Translations under genes and position numbers: made by a program
Source of the DNA: Trichlorobacter lovleyi SZ
Lineage (GTDB): Bacteria > Desulfobacterota > Desulfuromonadia > Geobacterales > Pseudopelobacteraceae
Length of the DNA stretch: 32,000 nt
Reading direction: 5' to 3'
Assembly (NCBI RefSeq): GCF_000020385.1
Contig: NC_010814.1
Location: 3,510,001-3,542,000, forward strand
The notes under the pieces: generated by a model
Seen by the model: the letters and a program-made list of their open reading frames with translations, nothing else
The model's database searches: none
What the model was told of the DNA's origin: nothing
Part shown: positions 24,827 through 31,992 of the stretch, piece after piece
How positions within the stretch are numbered: position 1 is the first letter of the stretch
Layout of the letters: every line of letters begins with the position of its first letter

Positions 24827-26419
24827 TCATGAGCTTTCACCCAACCAGTTTTGTAGAATTTGCGCGACCTGATACGGATTCGTCTTGGCTTTTTCCATCA
24901 GCTCCTGCTGTTCTGCCATATGCATGGCCAGCTGTGCGCGCTCACTGGCTGACATCTTCTCCTGGGCATCCGGCACAATCGCCTCAAGAATGTCAGGACG
25001 GGCCGGACGGGCGGCACGCAGCGTGTTCAGCATCGGCTTGACCACGAACAGCATCAGTGCAAGGAAGCCCAAGGCAATCATCAGGTTTTTGAAAAGCGTC
25101 AGGAAGAACGGGTTCATCCACCACTTGGCACTTTCCGTTGAGCCTGCTGCCTCCCCTGCATCCTGAAACGCAATATTCTGGATACTGATTTGATCGCCCC
25201 GTTCCTGGTTGAACCCTACGGCCCCCTTAACCAGCGCCTCAATTTTCTGAAGTTCATCCGGCGAGCGGGGGACATATTTAGCCTTACCGGCTGCACCATC
25301 CTTACCGGGAGCTCCGGTTTCATACTTGCCGTCCACAAGAATGGCCACTGAGACCTTGCTGAGCGTGCCTACCGGTTCTACTGTACGCGAGGTCGAACGG
25401 CTTACCTCATAGTTAAGGGTTTCATCATTCTTGCTGCCGCCGCCAGCTGCACCACCCGCACCCGGAGCAGTCCTCCCCAGGTTGGTCTGAACTCCCGGCA
25501 CACCGGTTGAGACAGCTGAGCCTCCTGCCTTTTCTTCACTGCGCTGCTCGCTGCGTACAGCAATGGTCTCCGGATCAAATTTTTCTTCAACCCGCTCCAC
25601 CTGCTTGAAATCAAACGTCGCCGATACCCGTGCAACCGATTTGCCACCGCCGACCACGCGGTCCAGCAGGGTCTGAAGGCGTTCCTCCACGTTGCGCTCA
25701 TAACCACGCTGGGTTTCCTGCATTGCACTGGTGGCCTTGGCGCTGGCATCCGCCATGCCGTTGCCACCTTTGCTCAGAATTTTACCACGGCTGTCAAGCA
25801 CGGTCACGTTATCCGCATTCATCCCTTCGATCGAAGACGAAACGAGATGCACGACCCCCTGCACCTCATTATCCCGAAGGTTCTTGTTCCCTTTCATCTT
25901 CAACACAACCGATGCGGTTGGCGGCTTTTCAGCCTCCTTGAACAGGGTCTTTTCCGGAATAACCAGATGGACACGGGCCTGCTCAACCCCGCTGATCTGC
26001 GTAATGGTACGAGCCAGCTCACCCTGCAGCGCCCGCTGATAGTTCAGCTTTTGCACAAACTCGGTCATACCAAAATTTTTACGGTCAAAGATTTCAAACC
26101 CGACTCCGCCACCCTGAGGCAGTCCTTCCGACGCGAGTGAAAGCCGAAGTTCGTACACCTTGTCTGCCGGCACCATGATCCCCTTACCGTCAGGGGTAAT
26201 CTGGTACGGCGTCTTGGCTTCTTTCAACTTTTTGACAATTTCTCCAGCATCCTCACTGGCCAGATTGGTAAACAACGGGCGATAATCCGTCCGGTTGGCA
26301 AGCATAATCAGTAGCGCAAACGAAAGGAGGCAAGCCAACACCACGCCGCCTACCAGCAAACGCTTACCGGGGGCCAGCGCCATAAACGGCTCAACAATTC
26401 GCTTTAATCCTTCAGGCAT
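24827..26419 (-). CDS. fliF: MS-ring protein FliF
   Basis: 530 aa with an N-terminal TM and the YscJ/FliF block ELRLSLASEGLPQGGGVGFEIFD. It also has a second TM near the C-terminus and a FliG-binding tail. Confidence 0.95.
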   Translation of the reverse strand: MPEGLKRIVEPFMALAPGKRLLVGGVVLACLLSFALLIMLANRTDYRPLFTNLASEDAGEIVKKLKEAKTPYQITPDGKGIMVPADKVYELRLSLASEGLPQGGGVGFEIFDRKNFGMTEFVQKLNYQRALQGELARTITQISGVEQARVHLVIPEKTLFKEAEKPPTASVVLKMKGNKNLRDNEVQGVVHLVSSSIEGMNADNVTVLDSRGKILSKGGNGMADASAKATSAMQETQRGYERNVEERLQTLLDRVVGGGKSVARVSATFDFKQVERVEEKFDPETIAVRSEQRSEEKAGGSAVSTGVPGVQTNLGRTAPGAGGAAGGGSKNDETLNYEVSRSTSRTVEPVGTLSKVSVAILVDGKYETGAPGKDGAAGKAKYVPRSPDELQKIEALVKGAVGFNQERGDQISIQNIAFQDAGEAAGSTESAKWWMNPFFLTLFKNLMIALGFLALMLFVVKPMLNTLRAARPARPDILEAIVPDAQEKMSASERAQLAMHMAEQQELMEKAKTNPYQVAQILQNWLGESS

Positions 26420-26453
26420 GGCTATTCACACCTCTGTCGAAAAAGTACCATAA

Positions 26454-26753
26454 CTAGACCGGCATCCTCATCACTTCCTGATACGCCTCCAGCGCCTTGT
26501 TGCGCACCTGCGACATAAACAGAAACGACACGCTGGCCTTCTCTACTGCAATCATGGTTTCGTGCAGGTTACGATTTTCTCCGGTTGCAAGTTTCTGAAT
26601 TGCCTGGTCAGACTGTTGTGACAAATCGTTTACCTTGCCCACCAGCTCTTTGAAGAATTTACCAGCCCCATCTGCCACCGACGTGGAGGATGTATTTTTT
26701 TCAAGCGGAAAGGCTGTAGACATGCCGACACCACTGATACCGTTAATTTCCAT
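26454..26753 (-). CDS. fliE: Hook-basal body complex protein FliE
   Basis: 99 aa. The C-terminus [36 protein letters not shown] is typical of FliE. Confidence 0.9.
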
Positions 26754-26764
26754 AGCCTAAACTC

Positions 26765-27202
26765 CTATTTACTGATTTCAAGTGTCTTAAGCGCCATATT
26801 TTTGGCTGCCTGGGCCGACATGACATTTGCCTCGTAGACCCGGGTCGCCGTAATCATATCGGCCATCTCCTCCACCACATTTACGTTAGGAAGCGCTACA
26901 TACCCCTGGGGATTAGCATCAGGATGCGCGGGGTCATACTGCATACGGGGCGCACTCTTGTCCTCAACAATCTCAACCACATTAACCTCACGGACATGCC
27001 GGTCCGCTGCACCGCCAAGCGCCTTTCCAAAAGCATCAACCGGAGCGGTTGCGGCAAAAACCGCATCCTTACGCTTATACGGCCCTCCTTCAGGCGTGCG
27101 GGTCGTATTAACGTTAGCCAGGTTACTGGATATAAGGTTCATTCTGGTTCGTTCAGCGGTAAGTGCCGATGAGCTGGTATTCATCGCGGTAAAAAGATCC
27201 AT
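26765..27202 (-). CDS. flgC: Proximal rod protein FlgC
   Basis: The sequence is MDLFTAMNTSSSALTAERTRMNLISSNLANVNTTRTPEGGPYKRK ... NVNVVEEMADMITATRVYEANV. It has a 1-nt TAATG overlap with flgB. Confidence 0.95.
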   Translation of the reverse strand: MDLFTAMNTSSSALTAERTRMNLISSNLANVNTTRTPEGGPYKRKDAVFAATAPVDAFGKALGGAADRHVREVNVVEIVEDKSAPRMQYDPAHPDANPQGYVALPNVNVVEEMADMITATRVYEANVMSAQAAKNMALKTLEISK

Positions 27203-27642
27203 TATTTACCCTCCCTCAAAGCGGTACGCAGCCCTTCAAACTTTTTTGACAGCAACTGGACCGACGCATTAAACAACACCTGATTCTGCATCATCCGGCT
27301 CATCTCATTTTCCATCTCGACCGAATTGCCGTCGCGGCCCGGCGTCTTGGCCGGCGTTTCAACAACAGTTCCACGAACCTGGCTGATCCGTTCACCGCCG
27401 CCACGCAAGGGGATATGTGCAGGATGGGTAGTTGCTCCGGAGAACTGTGAATCTCCTCTGCGAGTCGTCGACTTCTTGACGGCAGATTGCAGCTGCTGTT
27501 CAAACTCCAGACTTTTAGGGGTATATCCAGGAGTCTCAGCATTGGCAATATTGGACGAAATCAGATTTTGATTGCGCGTACGCAGATCAATGCTCTTACC
27601 CAACACATCAATGGTAGTATTAAACAGTCCTTCGACAGGCAC
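27202..27642 (-). CDS. flgB: Proximal rod protein FlgB
   Basis: The start is a GTG with GGGAGGA 6 nt upstream. It contains LRTRNQNLISSNIANAETPGYTPK and the C-terminal NSVEMENEMSRMMQNQVLFNASVQLL. Confidence 0.93.
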   Translation of the reverse strand: MPVEGLFNTTIDVLGKSIDLRTRNQNLISSNIANAETPGYTPKSLEFEQQLQSAVKKSTTRRGDSQFSGATTHPAHIPLRGGGERISQVRGTVVETPAKTPGRDGNSVEMENEMSRMMQNQVLFNASVQLLSKKFEGLRTALREGK

Positions 27643-27691
27643 AACGAATCCTCCCTTCTGCGTTCAGCAGAATACAGACATTACAAAACTT

Positions 27692-27706
27692 TGCAATTTC
27701 TGTGCC
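27692..27706 (-). promoter_or_regulatory. Sigma-54 (RpoN) -24/-12 promoter upstream of flgB
   Basis: The minus strand reads aGGCACagaaaTTGCAaag. GG and GC are separated by exactly 10 nt, which matches TGGCAC-N5-TTGCW. The GC lies about 50 nt upstream of the flgB GTG, inside the 174-nt gap that follows the TPR gene. Confidence 0.6.
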
Positions 27707-27816
27707 TTACAGCAAACATGTGTAAACCAGGCAATATCAGGGGAGTTGCGGGGCGATTCACCCCAAAGCAGCCAGAGGAGCGTGTCGTTATTTTGACAAA
27801 TACATTTTTTTTGACG

Positions 27817-29961
27817 CTACTTTTTCTTTGACGGGGCCAAAGCAGGGCGGGAAAGTTTGTCATCTTCAAGGGCCTGGCGGGCAAGACGCTGCCAATCCGG
27901 ATCCTTGCCTTCATTCAGCACTCGCTCAAACAGGGTGCGAGCCTGCTGACTGCGACCGTCCAACGCAGCCAGCTCACCAAGTTTATAAAGAAACTGATCC
28001 TTACGCTCTTTTGAAACCGTCTTTAAACCGGCTTCCAGCAACACGGCAGCCGCACTGCGTTCTCCGAGCGCCTGACGGGAGCTTGCCGCAATGTAATAGG
28101 CATCCCCCATCAGAACAGGGACCTCTTTCATATCTTTGACAGCCGACAGATAGAGCTCCATTGCCTGGGCAGAGCGGGAATATTCCTTGCTGTCCCAGAG
28201 CGCGCGGCCTAAATAATAATAACTGGCCGGAAAGGCCGCCTGTTCCTGTTTATTCAGGAGCCAGGAAAGACCGGTCCGGACAGCCGGCAGCTCATGCGCA
28301 GCAAACTGAATTGCCCCCAAACGCTCACGAGCCCAGCGTGTCTGGGCATGGGCAGGGTTACGCTGCAAAAAACCCTGCAACACCTTGCGAGCCATCATGG
28401 TGTCACCCAGTAGTTCCGCCTGGTCAGCGATCTGCAGCGTCAAGTAGGGGACATTATCCCCACCTACCCACGGCCGCTCCAGCAAACCGCTGTATAACGC
28501 TATCAGATCCAGAGGCCGCCCGGCTTTTTCAAACGCTGCAGAGACGGCGGGCAAAAAACCGGGGTTCTTTACTGCCGTAGCCAGAAATTCTTGATTATCC
28601 GTTACCAATCGAATCAATCCAGCCGGATTATTAGCCCAGAGCACACCCTGAAACACCAGCGCAACCAGATCTTCGCGAATATCACGAATGACCGTACTGT
28701 ATACCCCGGTGGGAAAACGTTTCTGATAGGTTATTACTAAATCCAGCGCCGTGTCGGCCGGCCCGTTGATCGCTTCCAGCAGGGCATGCTTAAACGTGGT
28801 CTCTTCCCGCAAATCAAAATCGGCGGTGTTGGCGGCAATTTTAGCGTAGGTGGCACCTAATGCCTGATAATCATCAGGTGTAGCCTCAAGAAAAGCCCGA
28901 TCTGCCAGTTTCATGATGGCTATCTGGTGAGCCTTGTTATCCTTGAAAGCAGTGGAGACGTTATTGTAAATTGCCAGCGCATCTCCTTCGCCTCCCTGAC
29001 GGGCCAACACATCCGCCATACGGACCAGCAGTACCGGCGCATACTTTTTATCGGCATTGGAGGCAATCAGCCGTGCCAGCAGTTGCCGTCCGCCCGGCAG
29101 GTCTCCGCTACGGGCAATACTATCACCATAGTAAAACATGATAGCCGGGTTCATTGTCAGAAAGTCCTGCCATTGCCGGGCAGCCTCACGAAAGGTTTCC
29201 AGCGCCGGCCCATACTTCTGCAAACGGTACTGTGCCTCTGCCAGCCGGTAGAGCGCAAGCGGACGGATCCGGGACTGCCTGGCTGCAAACGGGGTAAAGG
29301 CATCTTCGGCAGCAGTCAGCTTACCCTTATAGAGCGCCCCTTCCGCAGCAAGAAACAGGCGTTGCTCATCATCCGGCAACAAGGCCTTGAGCAGGTTCCG
29401 GTCTGTAGGCACAAAAGGGATCTCCGGCTTGAGTGGAGGGTCAAAATTACTGAGTAGCTTTGCTGCACCATTCCTGATCCTCTCCCTGCCGGGCAGCGCA
29501 GGGTGGGCTGCTGAACCGCCAAAAAGCGGGCCGACATCCAGAGAAAGCGCCGGCAGACCGTCAACATGCACCATTCGCCAGCCGACGCGGTTGGCGGCAA
29601 TGGCAAAGGTCAACAGAGCGTCATTTCCGCGCTGAGAGACCAGCACCCCCCCGATATTGCTGTCTGAGTAGCGGCGCAATGACCTGAACGGTGCGCCGGA
29701 AGTATCGCTGAATCTGATCCTGAGCCGATTGCCAGGGATTCTTGATACCCTGAAATGTGGTTCTTCAGCCAACTTAACGGTGATACGGGTGAAGGAGGAT
29801 TTGGGACGGATCTCTATCCGGTGGATCTGATTCTGAATTAACGCATCAGCACGGCGTGGGGATACAATCAAGGCAAGGAGCAGACAGAGCAGCAGGGCAA
29901 CACTGCCATACGGTGCCCTACGCAGCTGGAGCGCTGCTATCAGACTGACGGCAATCGGCAT
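27817..29961 (-). CDS. Large secreted/envelope protein: signal-like N-terminus, AMIN-like beta domain and a long TPR-like helical-repeat region. Function unknown.
   Basis: 714-aa uninterrupted ORF. The N-terminal hydrophobic stretch is VALLLCLLLALIVSPRRADA. The segment IHRIEIRPKSSFTRITVKLAEEPHFRVSRIPGNRLRIRFSDT resembles an AMIN domain. There are many 34-aa-like A/Y/L-periodic helices (ALYRLAEAQYRLQKYGPALETFREAARQ; FLYKLGELAALDGRSQQARTLFERVL). The start overlaps the upstream gene by 22 nt. Confidence 0.75.
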   Translation of the reverse strand: MPIAVSLIAALQLRRAPYGSVALLLCLLLALIVSPRRADALIQNQIHRIEIRPKSSFTRITVKLAEEPHFRVSRIPGNRLRIRFSDTSGAPFRSLRRYSDSNIGGVLVSQRGNDALLTFAIAANRVGWRMVHVDGLPALSLDVGPLFGGSAAHPALPGRERIRNGAAKLLSNFDPPLKPEIPFVPTDRNLLKALLPDDEQRLFLAAEGALYKGKLTAAEDAFTPFAARQSRIRPLALYRLAEAQYRLQKYGPALETFREAARQWQDFLTMNPAIMFYYGDSIARSGDLPGGRQLLARLIASNADKKYAPVLLVRMADVLARQGGEGDALAIYNNVSTAFKDNKAHQIAIMKLADRAFLEATPDDYQALGATYAKIAANTADFDLREETTFKHALLEAINGPADTALDLVITYQKRFPTGVYSTVIRDIREDLVALVFQGVLWANNPAGLIRLVTDNQEFLATAVKNPGFLPAVSAAFEKAGRPLDLIALYSGLLERPWVGGDNVPYLTLQIADQAELLGDTMMARKVLQGFLQRNPAHAQTRWARERLGAIQFAAHELPAVRTGLSWLLNKQEQAAFPASYYYLGRALWDSKEYSRSAQAMELYLSAVKDMKEVPVLMGDAYYIAASSRQALGERSAAAVLLEAGLKTVSKERKDQFLYKLGELAALDGRSQQARTLFERVLNEGKDPDWQRLARQALEDDKLSRPALAPSKKK

Positions 29962-31034
29962 AACCGCTTCACCTTGCTGGCGATCTCATCAGGGTCACAA
30001 GGCTTGATGATGATATCCCGTGCGCCGTATTTAAGCGCTTTTAGCACGGCAGTACGGGTCCATCTCTGGGCACACATAATTATCGGTACCGGCTGGTCCT
30101 GGCGTAAGGCATTAATCTTGATACAAACCGCCAGTTCACGGTCGTCGGCATCCTGAGAGCCGATCACCACCAGCCGTACATTACCTTGCGAAAAGACCTC
30201 CTTGACATCTGCGTTCAGGGTTGATTCTGCCAGTTTGAAACCGGAAAACTTCAGCGATTCCAACAGTTGCGCACGTTCCTCATCGCTGTCTTCAAAGACA
30301 GCAATCATATCCTCACCGGTAGTACCGGCAATACCGCCAGCCTTGCGGAGCGGCACCTCCTCACCGGTTTCAGTCGAAATGCCGGATGCGACTACGGCAG
30401 GCTCTCCGGCCTGCTCTGCGGCAATTTCTTCGGCAGGAGCAGCCGGGGGGGCTTCAGGCGGCGGATCATACTGATTCCCAAGCTCGACCGGAATCAGCAC
30501 ATCCAGATGATGCATTTCCTGGCCTTCCATCTCCAGCCGGGAGCGAAACATCAGATAATCGCCATTAGGCAGGGGATCTTCATCAGTGAGCGGATCAATC
30601 TCGGGGACATACTTCTTTGAACCGAGCAGCTTCAGGTGTGCCTTACCGGAAAGGGAGCCCTGGAAGATCGAATTCATGGCTCCATTGATCATATTCCCAA
30701 TTTCGCCGAAGGCGTCGATGTCGTCAGGCTCAATGATGGACAGACGCTGTTTTTCCTTAATCCTCGGCGCCGGAATCCCTAACAGCAGACTACTCATCAA
30801 AATGGCATCCCGCAGATTGAAGACCAGATGGAACTGACCGGGATACTCTTCCCGCGATTCAACAGCCAGCACGAAAACGCCGTCATCAAGATCGCCAAAG
30901 TAGGCGGCCTTGCTAAAGGTCAAAGAATCCGTCAGGGTTGCAGTCAAACCCTGTCCCAACAGCATACCGGCCTCTTCACCGGCCTGCCGTAGAGCGGTCT
31001 CCAGCATTTCGTGCAGCTTTACATAACCATCCAT
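29940..31034 (-). CDS. Hybrid protein: an N-terminal CheX/CheC-like domain, a Pro/Ala/Glu linker and a C-terminal receiver-like (REC) domain with an apparently substituted phospho-acceptor
   Basis: The N-terminal half contains DAFGEIGNMINGA (D-x3-E-x2-N, the CheC/CheX active-site pattern). The linker is PPPEAPPAAPAEEIAAEQAGEP. The C-terminal part is MIAVFEDSDEE...VRLVVIGSQDADD...PIIMCAQ...IIIKP, which has the REC topology with K-P conserved. By manual alignment to CheY, the beta3 end reads VVIGS rather than ...D. ATG 31034 is preferred over the track's GTG 31085, which lies inside a hairpin. Confidence 0.65.
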   Translation of the reverse strand: MDGYVKLHEMLETALRQAGEEAGMLLGQGLTATLTDSLTFSKAAYFGDLDDGVFVLAVESREEYPGQFHLVFNLRDAILMSSLLLGIPAPRIKEKQRLSIIEPDDIDAFGEIGNMINGAMNSIFQGSLSGKAHLKLLGSKKYVPEIDPLTDEDPLPNGDYLMFRSRLEMEGQEMHHLDVLIPVELGNQYDPPPEAPPAAPAEEIAAEQAGEPAVVASGISTETGEEVPLRKAGGIAGTTGEDMIAVFEDSDEERAQLLESLKFSGFKLAESTLNADVKEVFSQGNVRLVVIGSQDADDRELAVCIKINALRQDQPVPIIMCAQRWTRTAVLKALKYGARDIIIKPCDPDEIASKVKRLCRLPSV

Positions 31035-31066
31035 CAGGGGCTCGCGGGAGATACAGAGTGAGCTGC

Positions 31067-31090
31067 ACGGGGTGCACCTTCGCACCCCGT
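31067..31090 (-). other. Perfect 9-bp GC-rich hairpin between cheX and the CheX/REC hybrid gene
   Basis: ACGGGGTGC-(6-nt loop)-GCACCCCGT, located 19 nt after the cheX TAA. It has no U-tract. It could be a weak terminator, a processing site or a stability element. Confidence 0.35.
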
Positions 31091-31108
31091 ACTAGCTAAA
31101 TCGGGGGA

Positions 31109-31627
31109 TTACTCTTCTTTCTTGAGGGTCAGACCAACCAGGAAGCGTTCACTGGCATCAACATTGAACGGAATTACCACACAATCGATGTCCGAAAGCG
31201 AGTTAACCGTGTAATCTTCGCCAGCAATCACCGTCGGAATGGAGAGTTTGACATCAAGCCCACCTTTGGAAAGAATCATTTTGACACTGCCACCCAGCAT
31301 ATTGGCAATCTCACCAATGGCGTCATTCAGGTCTTCTCCCCCCTCTTCAACCTCGCTCTCATCCATCCCCAGCATGGCGCCGGTGATTTTCTTCGCAAGG
31401 TGCATCGGGCAGTGCATGGAGATAACACCGGAATAGGTACCGGCAAAACCCACCATGCCGGTGATGCTGCATTTAAAATGGGTAATCGGCTCCTTGAGCG
31501 GAAAATCGTCGGCCGGCTCCATCATCACCATGGTGGAAAAAACTTCACGCGTGGCGTTGATAATGTACTCGGAAAGCTGCTGCTCCGAGAACTTGAGGCT
31601 ATCAGCAATCTCGGCATTCAGACTCAT
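31109..31627 (-). CDS. cheX: CheX-type CheY-P phosphatase (CheC/CheX family)
   Basis: 172 aa. It has a single DAIGEIANMLGG (D-x3-E-x2-N) motif followed by P 22 residues after the N. Its size and one-motif architecture fit CheX. It overlaps the cheY stop by 4 nt. Confidence 0.8.
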   Translation of the reverse strand: MSLNAEIADSLKFSEQQLSEYIINATREVFSTMVMMEPADDFPLKEPITHFKCSITGMVGFAGTYSGVISMHCPMHLAKKITGAMLGMDESEVEEGGEDLNDAIGEIANMLGGSVKMILSKGGLDVKLSIPTVIAGEDYTVNSLSDIDCVVIPFNVDASERFLVGLTLKKEE

Positions 31628-31992
31628 AGGAGTCCCCCAAGTTTTTCATTCAGCTGCTCAGGCGTAAAGGGTTTTTTGATGCTGTCCTTGGCACCGCTGG
31701 CAATGGCGTCGGCAATCACATCCTCGCCACCTTCAGTGGTTATCATGACGATCGGCATCGAGAACCCGTTGGCACGCACGGCCTTGACAAACTCGAGCCC
31801 ATCCATGTTGGGCATATTGATATCAGAAAGGATCAGGTCGACGGTTTTACCCGAAGTCTGCAGAACGTTCAGCCCTTCAATGCCGTCACCCCCCTCAAGA
31901 ATGTCGTCAACCGGCAGTCCTGCCTGACGTAGTGAGCGGGAAATTATCTTTCTCATAGTGGATGAATCGTCAACGATCAGGATGTTTGCCAT
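31624..31992 (-). CDS. cheY: CheY-like single-domain response regulator
   Basis: The sequence is MANILIVDDSSTMRKII...DLILSDINMPNMDGLEF...PIVMITTEG...IKKPF. It has the acidic pair DD, a phospho-acceptor D in LSDINMP, a T and a K-P, all present. It is 122 aa. Confidence 0.93.
   Translation of the reverse strand: MANILIVDDSSTMRKIISRSLRQAGLPVDDILEGGDGIEGLNVLQTSGKTVDLILSDINMPNMDGLEFVKAVRANGFSMPIVMITTEGGEDVIADAIASGAKDSIKKPFTPEQLNEKLGGLL

Noticed and set aside
29048-29082. TGGCAC-N6-TTGC immediately followed by GCCGATAA on the minus strand
   Set aside because: It lies deep inside the TPR coding sequence. The sigma-54-like spacing is off by one. The GCCGATAA has no TAAA-like -35 at N15, and no gene start lies downstream. 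I treat it as coincidence.
1441-31085. N-terminal extensions in the ORF track (flgN to 1494, flgH to 3690, fliN to 15181, fliL to 16663, YlxF-like to 21303, fliH to 23916, hybrid gene to 31085)
   Set aside because: The extensions overlap the preceding gene or a hairpin, encode Arg/Cys/Ser-rich junk, and lack a Shine-Dalgarno. In each case an internal ATG or GTG with a good Shine-Dalgarno begins the conserved family N-terminus or signal peptide.
10-31927. Numerous plus-strand ORFs in the track (for example 2386..3201, 5193..5909, 9143..9781, 12359..12796, 21161..21523, 28927..29457, 31400..31927)
   Set aside because: Each lies antisense to a minus-strand gene with an unmistakable flagellar or che family signature. 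Their translations are low-complexity (Arg/Pro/Gly/Ser-rich) with no recognisable motifs, no Shine-Dalgarno context and no gaps to accommodate them. They are shadow ORFs.
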